A DNA stretch of 64,000 nt from Deltaproteobacteria bacterium (GCA_016196825.1 JACPWY010000007.1:2468-66467); one strand, 5' to 3'. Positions 19,842 to 29,543 are shown, numbered from the stretch's first letter. The notes: generated by a model from the sequence alone, not told the origin. Numbers and translations: made by a program.

Positions 19842-21371
19842 TTATGGGTCCACTATCACTTTGCTGACCCGCATTGTAGTGACTGAAAACGGAATGAGTT
19901 CGCGAGCGCTCATCTTATAGTGCATGGGCACATCGGTTAAAGAATCGCGTAGGAGAAAATAGTCCTCCTCCTCGAGATTGAGCGGATTCACTTCTCGCCC
20001 GTACCCGACAACATTAACAAGATGGGCAAACGTCCCTGAGTATTCCGGTCTGACCCACCCCTCCTGCTCGCTTCGCCCATCCCGCGCTAACCCCACCATT
20101 AACGGCTGACCTGACGCCAAGATTTCTCGGTACGCGCTCGCCGGAAGCACCTCATCAAAGCGCTCCACCTTACCGACCCGATACTTTCGGTTCGCTATGG
20201 CCCTTAGATCCCTCGGAATGAAATCATCGAAGCCTTGCCTAAAATCATTGTGGGGTGGAATTGGATTTTGACTGAGCGTTTGAAGTGCGAAGTTGAGCGC
20301 ATCGGTCTCGCCCCGTCCGGATAGGCCCTTATCCATCTTCGCCGCCAGCTTTTTCGGATCCGAAACCCCGTTGAACTTCATTAGCTGAGCAGAAAGATTG
20401 TTTTCAAAAGGCACCTCTCCCAGCTCCTCCGCCGCTCTTACGATCGCATAGAGGTAGGGGGCCGAGAGCTTCGGGATTTTTTCCCGGCCTTCCATGTCCG
20501 AGGTGATGGCAAATGAGGCGCAAGCTTTAGTGTCGCCCTGAAGCTGAGGGATCGAGAACATTGAGCTGAGATCCCTTTCTTTGGGTACCTGTCCGTTGGC
20601 TTTAATCCCCAAACTCGAAATAAAATCGCGAAAGCCGCGAGGAGACTCTCGTCTAAAGGCCTCCATCTCTTTGAGAATAGGATCGCGCGTTCGAGAATCA
20701 TGCCAGACCGCCAAGAGCCCGCGTTTGATCAGTTTGTACGCCGCCCTCTCCCGCGGCGTCAGTGCATCGTAGTCAATATCATCTTCGATCCTATCGAGCA
20801 TCCCAATCGAATCCTCAAAGCTCACCACCCTGCCCCTATCAAAATCGGAGATCATCTTTTGGGCGTCCTTGATAACCGAGGAATCCAAGGCACCACCCTT
20901 GGCGCGCGCTTTTTCGTCACCGTGAGAGGCCTTTGAATCGGCTTCGCTCTCACTCGCTCCGACCTCCAGTGGTCCTTCTTTCAGAAAGAGCCGAATGTCT
21001 TTAAAATCACGAAAGCGTGGCGCCCTAACTGGCGGCTTCGCCTCAAGCATCGCCTTCACTGCAATTGCCTGCTTAAGAGCCTCGGTCTTGAGCGCGAGAA
21101 GTTGCTTCGGCTGGTCGTTCCACCATCCATCCCCTTTTGGCGCTTTCACCTGCTCGCGCAAAGCCGTTGTCTCCTCGGCAAGGCGAGCCTCGTGGACCTT
21201 CACCAAGAGAAGGTTATGCTGGTCAATGTAACTCTGCCTCCCTTTTTCACGTTCACTCGCCTTCTCAAGCGTGCGGAGTTGCTTGAGACTTTCTTGAAAC
21301 GTAAATGGGATCTCCCCGGCGTAAGCGAAACACACGAGAAAAAGCACAAAGAAGAGTTGCCCCACAATCAC
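19842..21371 (-). CDS. Secreted papain-like (C1 family) cysteine peptidase with long N-terminal coiled-coil/charged extension
   Basis: Signal peptide MIVGQLFFVLFLVCFAYAGE. Putative catalytic Cys in ...GDTKACASFAITS... (papain-type QGxCGSCWAF block). Putative catalytic His in ...FAHLVNVVGYG... (the papain H-A-V-x-x-VGYG block). Confidence 0.55.
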   Translation of the reverse strand: MIVGQLFFVLFLVCFAYAGEIPFTFQESLKQLRTLEKASEREKGRQSYIDQHNLLLVKVHEARLAEETTALREQVKAPKGDGWWNDQPKQLLALKTEALKQAIAVKAMLEAKPPVRAPRFRDFKDIRLFLKEGPLEVGASESEADSKASHGDEKARAKGGALDSSVIKDAQKMISDFDRGRVVSFEDSIGMLDRIEDDIDYDALTPRERAAYKLIKRGLLAVWHDSRTRDPILKEMEAFRRESPRGFRDFISSLGIKANGQVPKERDLSSMFSIPQLQGDTKACASFAITSDMEGREKIPKLSAPYLYAIVRAAEELGEVPFENNLSAQLMKFNGVSDPKKLAAKMDKGLSGRGETDALNFALQTLSQNPIPPHNDFRQGFDDFIPRDLRAIANRKYRVGKVERFDEVLPASAYREILASGQPLMVGLARDGRSEQEGWVRPEYSGTFAHLVNVVGYGREVNPLNLEEEDYFLLRDSLTDVPMHYKMSARELIPFSVTTMRVSKVIVDP

Positions 21372-21465
21372 CTCTAAGAGCGTAAATTCTACCCTGGCAG
21401 GGGCGCCATTTCACCTACGGCGCCAGAGATAGTAATGGGGTATCCTATTGTATATAGGGGACAGC

Positions 21466-21744
21466 ATGAAAACAGCCATTCTGTGTCTGGGGATTTTGGT
21501 AGCTTCATCGGCGATGGCCGGTGAAGGAAAGGGTGATGGACAGAACCATCCGTGCAAGAAGATTCGGGCAGCCTGTGAGGCGGCCGGTTTCACGAAGGGT
21601 GGTCACAAGAGTAGCAGCAAAGGGCTTTGGGCAGACTGTATAAAACCGACCATGGACAATCGCACTCCGGCTGGTGTCACGGTCGCTGCCGTTGATGTTG
21701 TTGCCTGCAAGGCCAAGAAGGCTGCTCACAAAGAAGACAAATAG
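21466..21744 (+). CDS. Small secreted Cys-containing protein, PsiF-like repeat
   Basis: Signal peptide MKTAILCLGILVASSAMA. CKKIRAACEAAGFTKGGHKSSSKGLWADCIK resembles the PsiF motif. Confidence 0.4.
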   Translation: MKTAILCLGILVASSAMAGEGKGDGQNHPCKKIRAACEAAGFTKGGHKSSSKGLWADCIKPTMDNRTPAGVTVAAVDVVACKAKKAAHKEDK

Positions 21745-21953
21745 TTCTGGAAAAAGGGCCTGGCTAGAATCTTAGTCACTGCCGCTCCTTTCGATGGGAG
21801 TGTCTTGATCCATGGCTGAAATAATGTTCAGTGAGTCGTCAGATAATAAAGCGCAAGAAATTCTTTCCCCGAGCGAGTGGCTCTGGCCGAACATCTCTTA
21901 CAGTCGGTAGTCGCTGACGCGTAGGTGCAGCATATTCCCCGGGCGCCCGGGCG

Positions 21954-22080
21954 ATGCGAAGTGCCACTAAGAAAAACACCCAACCATCGTCACCTGAGCG
22001 GCCTGTGGCCACTGCTGTGCAACCCGCTCAGCCGATGACTCAGTACAAGCGTAACCGTCTTGGCTGGAAACCACGCTCAT
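21954..22080 (+). pseudogene. Decayed fragment of a second DUF222-HNH endonuclease gene
   Basis: The translation MRSATKKNTQPSSPERPVATAVQPAQPMTQYKRNRLGWKP parallels residues ...AMRSAARKKKTQISSPERPVATIVPPIHRVAQYKRNPIHWRL of the gene at 14812-15756. Nucleotide similarity is obvious but diverged, and there is no HNH motif downstream. Confidence 0.5.
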
Positions 22081-23611
22081 ACCCGCTACCTTTTCGGCCG
22101 AAAAGTAGATTGGTACCTCCCATCGGCGCCGCGTTCCCCCATTCACACAATGTGACCCGGGGATCGAGTCGGTAGCCGTTCGGGGTCATGACGACCCAAT
22201 CCTCTGAACCGAGAAGCTGGCGGGTGCGAGTGACGAGTCGATAGACCAAAGAGTCGTGGCGGATGGGGTGGTAGTCATAGCCCCAGAGCTCGCGGACCAG
22301 GGTTTCTTTGGTGGTCTCTTTTTTCAGAGTTCGCAGAAGTGAAAGGATTGCATCGGTGACACCGGTCGAGAGGACGACGGTGTTGCCGTGTGAGCGGGCG
22401 ATGAGACTCTTTTCCCGCAGGAAGAGGGCGCGTGGCGTGAGAGTGGCCGGCAACAATTTGAGGTACAGGCCCGGGTACTCTTCGACCGCCTCAGGGTTGT
22501 CTATCTCATCGCCGAGTGGATCGAGTCCTTTCGGCGCTAAGCGACTCAGCATTCGCTTGGAGAGCCATGAGCCGTGCCGTCGGGTTTGGGCCGCCAACTC
22601 CTCGCCAGAAAAGGGAAGGCCGAGGGCCGCGCAGAGCTTCTTCTCCATTCCCAGTAATGAGATCATGAGTTGGTGATCGATCTTGGGGTCGAGATCCGAA
22701 CGGCTAGCGCGAATGAGATTGAGAGCATCGAAATATTCGCCACGGTGGAAACGATTTTCGGCATAACGGAGATTGAGAAGCACTCCGTGCCGCTTGTGAC
22801 GTAGGCCGTAGATGATGCGGCAAGCTTCGCTGAGAACCGTCTCCGACTCGGCAATTCGCCCACGCAGAGTGAGCTGCCGGGCGAGCTCGAGAAGAACCGC
22901 GGAACGGCTGAAAGAATTCTGCTCCGTCATCTTATGGGAAAGATGTTTGAGATCGTTCAATATCGTTTTGGGTTTGAACCCGAACTGCGCCTCGTAGCAG
23001 ACGAGAGACACTCTCATGGCCTGCTCCCAACTGCCGTGGCCCAGCTGAGTCGCGATCGCAAGCGCTCGTTCGAGCTGCTTGAGACCATGGCGAATCTGCC
23101 CATTCTGAATCTCGGCATAGCCGAGAAGCTCCAGCGCCAGGCATTGACCATAGGGAAATCGCGCCTGTGTGGCGTCCATGAGTGCTCGATTGGCCTGGCG
23201 TTGGGCGAGGGCGAAACGAGACTGAAAATACCGCCAAAAGGCGAGCCCCTGGTGGGCGAAGAAGAGCTGTTCGGGCGCGTTGGTGGCCCGGGCGATGCGA
23301 GCGTTTTCGAAGAAATACCCTTTCCCTTGGTCGTATTGAGAATGACGACAGAAGCCGACACCGAGGAAAAAAAGCGAGGCACTCTTTTGGGGGGCTGAGA
23401 GATGGTCGCGTTCGGTTTGGTAGAGGGCGGCCGCCTCCTCGATGCGCCCGACGAAGCTCAATGAGCCGATGATCCAGGGGAGATCCGCGGTGGGGGGGCG
23501 TTTTCCCGCGTCATAGACAACCGCCAGGATGCCCTGGTGGTCACCTGAGAAGAATCGATTTTTCAGAACAGCCAACGATAACCCCCGCCCAACAACCCCG
23601 CTGTGAATCAC
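22040..23611 (-). CDS. Transcriptional regulator: helical/TPR-like N-region with C-terminal OmpR/PhoB-type winged-helix DNA-binding domain
   Basis: The C-terminus ...ETLVRELWGYDYHPIRHDSLVYRLVTRTRQLLGSEDWVVMTPNGYRLD matches the trans_reg_C pattern. The 3' end runs antisense through the HNH fragment. Confidence 0.55.
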   Translation of the reverse strand: MIHSGVVGRGLSLAVLKNRFFSGDHQGILAVVYDAGKRPPTADLPWIIGSLSFVGRIEEAAALYQTERDHLSAPQKSASLFFLGVGFCRHSQYDQGKGYFFENARIARATNAPEQLFFAHQGLAFWRYFQSRFALAQRQANRALMDATQARFPYGQCLALELLGYAEIQNGQIRHGLKQLERALAIATQLGHGSWEQAMRVSLVCYEAQFGFKPKTILNDLKHLSHKMTEQNSFSRSAVLLELARQLTLRGRIAESETVLSEACRIIYGLRHKRHGVLLNLRYAENRFHRGEYFDALNLIRASRSDLDPKIDHQLMISLLGMEKKLCAALGLPFSGEELAAQTRRHGSWLSKRMLSRLAPKGLDPLGDEIDNPEAVEEYPGLYLKLLPATLTPRALFLREKSLIARSHGNTVVLSTGVTDAILSLLRTLKKETTKETLVRELWGYDYHPIRHDSLVYRLVTRTRQLLGSEDWVVMTPNGYRLDPRVTLCEWGNAAPMGGTNLLFGRKGSGYERGFQPRRLRLY

Positions 23612-23690
23612 AACAATTCACAACAGTTTTTGTTTAGCGGAGTTTGTCGCGCTTTGGCAAGGACTAGCCGATTCTTGAGTACAGGAGGAC

Positions 23691-24083
23691 ATGATGAAAA
23701 ACGAAATGAAGAAACTAGGATTGGAAATCACGATGATTGTGGGGCTTTTGGGTGGCGTCGCCCAGGCAGCCACGGTGACGGTGATGGTCTCTGATGGTGG
23801 CTTTCGTCCCAATCGGATCACCATCCAGCAGGGTGACACGGTCAACTTTCTGAGCGATGCCCGCTTCACCCATACGGTGACGGCGAATCCGGCGCTCGCG
23901 AAGGATCCCGCGAATGTCGTGCTACCCATGGGAGCGCCTACTTTTAACTCAGGCGATCTCACGAAGGGGCAAAGCTTCACTCAGACTTTCGATGTGGCTG
24001 GCAATTACCAGTATGTTTGCCTCCAGCACGAGAAATTCGGGATGATCGGTCAGATCGTCGTGGAAGGCGCGGACGAAGAGTGA
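23691..24083 (+). CDS. Cupredoxin (plastocyanin/pseudoazurin-like type-1 copper protein)
   Basis: Signal peptide. Cu ligands H (FTHTV) ... C-x2-H-x4-M (YVCLQHEKFGM). Confidence 0.75.
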   Translation: MMKNEMKKLGLEITMIVGLLGGVAQAATVTVMVSDGGFRPNRITIQQGDTVNFLSDARFTHTVTANPALAKDPANVVLPMGAPTFNSGDLTKGQSFTQTFDVAGNYQYVCLQHEKFGMIGQIVVEGADEE

Positions 24084-24149
24084 GCATTTACTTATGACCG
24101 CATTAGTAATTCGGTCGGCCCTGCGGGGCCGGCCGGGTTCCTTGCGGCA

Positions 24150-25760
24150 TCAAAGGTTTTGCGCAAGCTGTGTATCTTCTTCCGGCAGTCGGCCGACGGA
24201 AATTCTGTGCGATTCTGTCTGAACCACCGTATCAAGGTCCCGAGTGATCATTTCATCAAAGGGATCCGGAGCGGCGGTGGTGAACCCTTCCGAACCGTCG
24301 AAGGAGGAATCGATCCGGACGGCGATATCGTGCGGGCTTTTGGAGGCCGAGTATTCCCTGGTGAAGAGTGATCGGGTGCCGGGGTTGCGGAGCATCCAGA
24401 CCGAATGCGTGGCCGGTTTCATCTTGGTCATGAGATAGCCGCCGGGAAAACAGTCGTAAAAAATGATGCGCCCTTGATCGTTCTCAAGGGAGCGGATCTC
24501 GTCGAGGAGACCGTCGTAATGGGCCTTGCGTTTGGCCGTTGTCCAAATTCCCTTGTAGGGTCCTCGGTCAAGACGAGCTGTGAGGAGCGGCAAGGGTCGA
24601 TCGCGATAGGAACTCTGGTAAAGCGCAACGACAAGCGCGAAGATGGCGGCGGCTGCTGGCAACCAGGAGAGACGGCAAGTTGAGCGAGTCAAATATGCGA
24701 CGGTGAGAACCGCGAGCGGAAGGAGCCCCAGTGGGGCGCTGTAGAGTGTCTGAGAACTCGTCCAAGCGGTCGTGAGTCCGGCGACTAGGGATGCCACGGC
24801 AATTGCCATCCACCAGCGATTTTTCCAGGGGAGAAAAAGAGGCGCCAAGATAGCGAACCAGAAGATCTCCTGGCCTGACCGCATGAAGGAGTGGCTTGGA
24901 GTTTTAAAGATGAGAAGAATCGGAATGAGGGCCCACACCGTGGGTGACCAACGCAGGCCAGCCCAGAAGATCGAAAGAATGGCGGTGGTGTACGAGGGCG
25001 CCCACCACTCTCCGGTGATCTGCCGGGCGATCACGACCCACTTGTGCCACCCGCCTAACTTATCTTGGTCGCTTGAAGTGTATTGAATAATTTCGATGAG
25101 GCGTTGGGTACTGGTTCCGATTAGGGAGGGCAGCATTGCGAAAACAATGAGAGAAGCCCCGAAAAGCGCCTGCTTCGTGCGAACTGTCGGGTTCAAAAAA
25201 ACATATACAGCAATCGCGATCGGAAGAGTGGGGTAGGCGATCGCGGCTGTTGCGAGAAAGCTGCCCGCCGCGAACTGGGGCCATCGTCTTTCATCAGTTC
25301 CGAGGAAAAGGCCGGCTGCCAAGCAATGCATGCTGATGCTGTTGTAGAAAAAGTTGGGGATATTGTAGTGAACGTAGGCCAGCGAGACTAATGAAGCCAT
25401 GAGGGCTAGGGAATCCTCGACCCGCCTTCTCAACGAGATATAAATAGCGAGAGTGGTGCTGAGCGAAAAAAGAAAAAAACAAAGTCGCGAGAAAAGAACA
25501 ATTCCTTCGGTGCCGGAATTGAAATGCACGAAGCCCCGCACGATCGGAAGCGTAAGAAGGGCCGCCGATTGGATCGACATGTATTCATCCTTGAATGGCG
25601 TGTCTCCGAGTGCAAAACGATAGGACATGGCGAGATGCAGGGCCTCATCAGTGAAATCGCACGAGAAGAATTGGCGGATAAGGACCAAGCCTATGAAGAC
25701 GAGCGCGACGATGACGACCACCCTGGGCCGTTTCAACGAGGGGACAACGCTGAGTTCCAT
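24150..25760 (-). CDS. Polytopic membrane protein, GT-C-fold glycosyltransferase-like (ArnT/PMT-type motif)
   Basis: The first loop ...FSCDFTDEALHLAMSYRFALGD... parallels ArnT ...QPDETRYAEISREMLASGD.... Multi-TM plus a C-terminal soluble domain. Confidence 0.5.
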   Translation of the reverse strand: MELSVVPSLKRPRVVVIVALVFIGLVLIRQFFSCDFTDEALHLAMSYRFALGDTPFKDEYMSIQSAALLTLPIVRGFVHFNSGTEGIVLFSRLCFFLFSLSTTLAIYISLRRRVEDSLALMASLVSLAYVHYNIPNFFYNSISMHCLAAGLFLGTDERRWPQFAAGSFLATAAIAYPTLPIAIAVYVFLNPTVRTKQALFGASLIVFAMLPSLIGTSTQRLIEIIQYTSSDQDKLGGWHKWVVIARQITGEWWAPSYTTAILSIFWAGLRWSPTVWALIPILLIFKTPSHSFMRSGQEIFWFAILAPLFLPWKNRWWMAIAVASLVAGLTTAWTSSQTLYSAPLGLLPLAVLTVAYLTRSTCRLSWLPAAAAIFALVVALYQSSYRDRPLPLLTARLDRGPYKGIWTTAKRKAHYDGLLDEIRSLENDQGRIIFYDCFPGGYLMTKMKPATHSVWMLRNPGTRSLFTREYSASKSPHDIAVRIDSSFDGSEGFTTAAPDPFDEMITRDLDTVVQTESHRISVGRLPEEDTQLAQNL

Positions 25761-25777
25761 AGGAGGAACAATATACT

Positions 25778-26878
25778 CTACCCAATTGTCGACGAAAACC
25801 GCGCTAGGCCTTCAGGAAACTGGGCGCGGCCGAACCCGATCCGAAAATGGGGGCCGGGGTAGAAGAACTGAGAGCCGGGGAGAAGAAAGACACCGGTCTC
25901 TTCAACAAGCGACCGGAGGCGGAGGTCGCATTCTTTCGGATCTTTGAATCGAGGAAACGCAATACAGCCGGCCTTGGGTCTCACCCACTGCAATCGGTCG
26001 GAAAACCGATCAAAAAAGCGATCGAGCTCTCCGAGGTTTTTCTCAATGATGGCGCGATTTCTCTCAAGAAGTGTCTCCTTCTTTTTGAGCGCCTGGATCG
26101 CCAGAAATTCGCTGGGAGCACTGTTGCAGATCGTAGTGTAGTCCTTGAAAGACGCGAGTTTCTGGAGGAGTGATTGGTTTTTTGTGGCGAGCCAACCGAT
26201 TCGCAGGCCCGCGAGACCAAACGCCTTGGACATGACCCCGAGTGAGAGCGCGGAGGGGGAAAGATCACAGGCGGCTGGCAAGCGATCGCTGGGAGCGTAT
26301 TCGAGCCCTCGGTAAACCTCGTCAACGAGGAGCGCGATCCCTCGCTGATCGAGAAAGGAAACGATTTCTTCGAAAAGTGGCCGCTCCATCAGATAGCCAG
26401 TGGGGTTGTGGGGGGTATTGAGAACGACGAGCCTGGTATTGGGCTGGACCGCCGATTTGAGATCCTCAAGGCTCGGCGCCCACGATTTTTCAGGCCGACT
26501 CTCCCAGCGTGCGATGGAGACCCCGATCGACTCGGCCACCTGAAAGAGGGATTGGTAGCAGGGCCAGTGGATGATGGCATGATCGCCTGAGGACAGGAGG
26601 ACATTCATCAAATTGAAAATGGCCTCCTCGGCTCCGCTATGGACAAGGATATCGGCCGGGTTGACGCCGGCGTAAAGTTTTGCGATTTCGGCTCTCAGTT
26701 CCGGATGACCGGTGGCCTCCGTGTAGCCGAGCCAGACTTTTTCGAATTGCTCTCGTGACTCTGGAGAAAGGAGGGAGCCTAAAGGGACCGACTCACAGTC
26801 GGAGCTGCAGAGCGGGTAGCGGGCTGTAAACTCATATTGGGCCATGTACCGCTCGAGCCGAAAATCGGGGAGCTTCAT
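25778..26878 (-). CDS. PLP-dependent aminotransferase, class I/II
   Basis: The N-terminus MKLPDFRLERYMAQYEFTARY... is typical. The PLP-lysine block is LGVMSKAFGLAGLRIGW. The start was chosen at the ATGA overlap with the upstream stop; the ORF is open to 26941. Confidence 0.75.
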   Translation of the reverse strand: MKLPDFRLERYMAQYEFTARYPLCSSDCESVPLGSLLSPESREQFEKVWLGYTEATGHPELRAEIAKLYAGVNPADILVHSGAEEAIFNLMNVLLSSGDHAIIHWPCYQSLFQVAESIGVSIARWESRPEKSWAPSLEDLKSAVQPNTRLVVLNTPHNPTGYLMERPLFEEIVSFLDQRGIALLVDEVYRGLEYAPSDRLPAACDLSPSALSLGVMSKAFGLAGLRIGWLATKNQSLLQKLASFKDYTTICNSAPSEFLAIQALKKKETLLERNRAIIEKNLGELDRFFDRFSDRLQWVRPKAGCIAFPRFKDPKECDLRLRSLVEETGVFLLPGSQFFYPGPHFRIGFGRAQFPEGLARFSSTIG

Positions 26879-27360
26879 GATGGACGGGCGAGAGCTTCGA
26901 GAAGACTTGTCGTGGAATGACCTTCGACGAGTGGCAGGCACCTCACTTTGCCGCCGAATTTCTCGACGACCGCGCGCTCTGGGAGCTGCGCGGGATCGTA
27001 GTCGCCTCCTTTGACATGGAGAAAGGGGCGGAGCTTTTCGAGAAGAGATTCGGGGGTCGTTTCCGGAAACACGACCACATAATCGACGGCCTCAAGGGCC
27101 GCAATTTGCAGGGTCCTGGTGCGTTCATCGTGAATCGGGCGTTTGGGCCCTTTGAGCGTCTTTACGCTCGAGTCCGAGTTGAGTCCCACCACAAGGACGT
27201 CGCCCAGCCGTCGGGCTTCGTTGAGATATTGGATATGGCCGAGATGCAGGATATCGAAACAGCCGTTAGTGGAGACAATTCGCTTGCCGCCCGAGCGGAG
27301 GCGAACACTCAAGTCCCACACCTTGTCGAGGGGAACGATCTTATCTTCGAGCCGGCGCAC
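26875..27360 (-). CDS. D-glycero-beta-D-manno-heptose-1-phosphate adenylyltransferase-like cytidylyltransferase-fold protein (RfaE domain II / HldE C-terminal type)
   Basis: KRIVSTNGCFDILHLGHIQYLNEARRLGDVLVVGLNSDSSVKTLKGPKRP...VKGGDY is near-colinear with HldE domain II (GCFDILHAGH...VNSDAS...KGGDY). Confidence 0.8.
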   Translation of the reverse strand: MRRLEDKIVPLDKVWDLSVRLRSGGKRIVSTNGCFDILHLGHIQYLNEARRLGDVLVVGLNSDSSVKTLKGPKRPIHDERTRTLQIAALEAVDYVVVFPETTPESLLEKLRPFLHVKGGDYDPAQLPERAVVEKFGGKVRCLPLVEGHSTTSLLEALARPS

Positions 27361-27367
27361 GAGAGGC

Positions 27368-28252
27368 TTATACCATATCTCGGCAAAGGCCGGTGCCGGA
27401 AATCAGGTCGAGGAGGTTCCGTCCCTTTCGCCGGAAAATCAACAGGAGGCTGGGAAAGATTGGTGCGAAGAAGAGGAAGCTCATGACGACCCGAAGTGCC
27501 TTTTTTGCGAAGCGCACCTCGTCGTCTCCGAAGTAGCGGAGCCTCAGGCCCCAGACCCACATTCCAAAGGTCATGTCGACCACGCCGACTCCGATGGCGA
27601 GGTAGGCGAGCCAGATCGTCGCAAATTCCATAAGGGCGAAGCGCAAGAAGATCGGGTCTTGGAAGCTTCCGGTGGAGGGGACCGTGAGTGGACTCTGACC
27701 GACCTGTCCCATGAGGGCCTTGAGAGTGACGATGACGGCAAAGAGCCAGACGGTCCAAACGAAAACTTGATCAATTACGAAGGCGAGGAAACGGCGAGCG
27801 AATCCCGGAGGGGCCGGCTCCCGGCGCGCGACCTTTTGGGGAGGAGCCTCCGAGGGAAGCGGGAGCGTGAGTTTGCGCGGCTCCGGTTGTGGTGCAGACT
27901 CGGGTTCGATTTTCGGAGTGGGCGCAGGTGCGATCGGTTGGGGTGGTGGCTTCACCTCCATGCGGGGCAGTGGCACCGTGAACATTTTTTCGATGGGGCG
28001 CGAGGGAATCGGCGCTCGTGGAGTCGGCGGTGGTGGCGGTGTGAGCTCGGCCGGATCATCAAAGAGTGGCGCTCGCATGTCTTGAGTGATCGGTGGGAGG
28101 GGCGTCGAAACATCTGCTTTGCGAGGACTCGTGAGGCCCAAACCATCCGTGAGTGGTTCGAACGTGTGCTGACTCGGCGATTGTCCGAGCTCCTCAGCAA
28201 TTAGGTTTTGAAGCTCACGCAAAAGATCGGCTGACTGTTTTTTCTCTTGCAT
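27368..28252 (-). CDS. RDD-family membrane protein with long Pro-rich N-terminal linker
   Basis: About 150 aa of Pro-rich region, then RRFLAFVIDQVF...TM...TM, the RDD domain layout. Confidence 0.6.
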   Translation of the reverse strand: MQEKKQSADLLRELQNLIAEELGQSPSQHTFEPLTDGLGLTSPRKADVSTPLPPITQDMRAPLFDDPAELTPPPPPTPRAPIPSRPIEKMFTVPLPRMEVKPPPQPIAPAPTPKIEPESAPQPEPRKLTLPLPSEAPPQKVARREPAPPGFARRFLAFVIDQVFVWTVWLFAVIVTLKALMGQVGQSPLTVPSTGSFQDPIFLRFALMEFATIWLAYLAIGVGVVDMTFGMWVWGLRLRYFGDDEVRFAKKALRVVMSFLFFAPIFPSLLLIFRRKGRNLLDLISGTGLCRDMV

Positions 28253-28344
28253 CGTGCATTCATTAAAACATCATGCGTCGTAAAAGTAATCATTCGTTGC
28301 GGCAAATGCCGAAGGTTCGATACAATGAATGATGCGGAGGCCCA

Positions 28345-29358
28345 GTGGCGACGAATAATTGTCACGCATTCGACCTTCTCTCCAATCAGATTTCACGACA
28401 AAAGAAGTATGCCTGGGATCTCGAACGCGACCTTCCTTGGGAGCTGGGCGTCGATCCCGATAAATTTCTTCTTCCGCTGGATGAGAACGCCATCGTCTTT
28501 CCGGGGCTTGACGACGAGCTGCGGCTAGCGCTGTCGCAGTTTGCGGGGCTCTTTGTGAACACCGCGATCTCCGAGATGGAGGGCGTCATCGACAAGTTGC
28601 GTGATTGCGCGTGGCGGGAATGTCTGCGACGCAACCCGGTGAACCCAGAGCTCGAGACCTTGGGAGAGCTCTTTTTCGATGAAGAGCTTAAGCACTCGCG
28701 CCTCTTCAAGCGGTTCAATCTCGCGTTTTGCGATCGGTTGGGAATCGATCCAAAGTATCTCCAGCAGATCCTGCCGCAGACCTTTGGCTCGCGGTTTCTC
28801 GACACGATCATCGACAATGCGAAGGATGGCGGCCACGCCTTTTGGTGGGTGGTGGCCAGCGTGGAAGAGGTTTCGATTGGCGTGTTTCGGCAGATGGCGA
28901 GCGAGAAGGCCGGAATCGATCCTCTCTTTTTCGAAGTCCACCGGCGACATATGGAAGAGGAAATGCGCCACTGCAACTATGCCTTCTTAATCTTGGACCT
29001 GATCCACAAGCGGTCCAAGAATTTGCGGCAGCACTATCACGCGCGCACCGATCTGATTCTGGCTCAGACGAGCTCAAGCACCTGGCTCCTGGGCGAGTTA
29101 CAGAAGATGTGGCGAGTGCAAAAGATGGGGTCGCTGCACCCATTCTTTACGCGCTTGGTGCGGGTGGTTCCGCATTTTAAGCGAATCAGCCCATTGAAAC
29201 TTCCCCACATTTTATATGCGAGCTCCCCGTACCTCAGTCTCTTCCTCAATCTCCGTCGACACCCGCTCACGTTAGCGAAGGCGATCCAGACCGGTACGCC
29301 GCACCTCCCCATGCCGCGCCCCCACGATCTCCCCGTTTTGGCTAAGAGCCTATCCTAA
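28345..29358 (+). CDS. Ferritin-like diiron-carboxylate oxygenase (AurF/desaturase-like)
   Basis: Two E...ExxH pairs: ISEMEGV / DEELKHSRLF and VEEVSIGVF / EEEMRHCNYA. Confidence 0.55.
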   Translation: MATNNCHAFDLLSNQISRQKKYAWDLERDLPWELGVDPDKFLLPLDENAIVFPGLDDELRLALSQFAGLFVNTAISEMEGVIDKLRDCAWRECLRRNPVNPELETLGELFFDEELKHSRLFKRFNLAFCDRLGIDPKYLQQILPQTFGSRFLDTIIDNAKDGGHAFWWVVASVEEVSIGVFRQMASEKAGIDPLFFEVHRRHMEEEMRHCNYAFLILDLIHKRSKNLRQHYHARTDLILAQTSSSTWLLGELQKMWRVQKMGSLHPFFTRLVRVVPHFKRISPLKLPHILYASSPYLSLFLNLRRHPLTLAKAIQTGTPHLPMPRPHDLPVLAKSLS

Positions 29359-29543
29359 AACCCTTTCGTCGGGAGGAGCGAGGCAAAATGTCCTGGACCG
29401 AGGACGCACAAGGGAGGTCCCGCAGGCGTGCCCTCTGGGCACGTCGAGGACACCGACCGCGGAGGACGAAGAGCCAGGGCATTTTGACCGTTCCGAGTAG
29501 AAAGGGTTTTAGGATGGGCTCTGAATAGTGATAGTTTGCCCCC

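Noticed and set aside
27143-28204. 353-aa plus-strand ORF
   Set aside because: It lies entirely antisense to the RDD-family and adenylyltransferase genes, which have clear motifs. The high-GC antisense frame is open by chance and has Arg/Pro/Ser-rich low-complexity composition.
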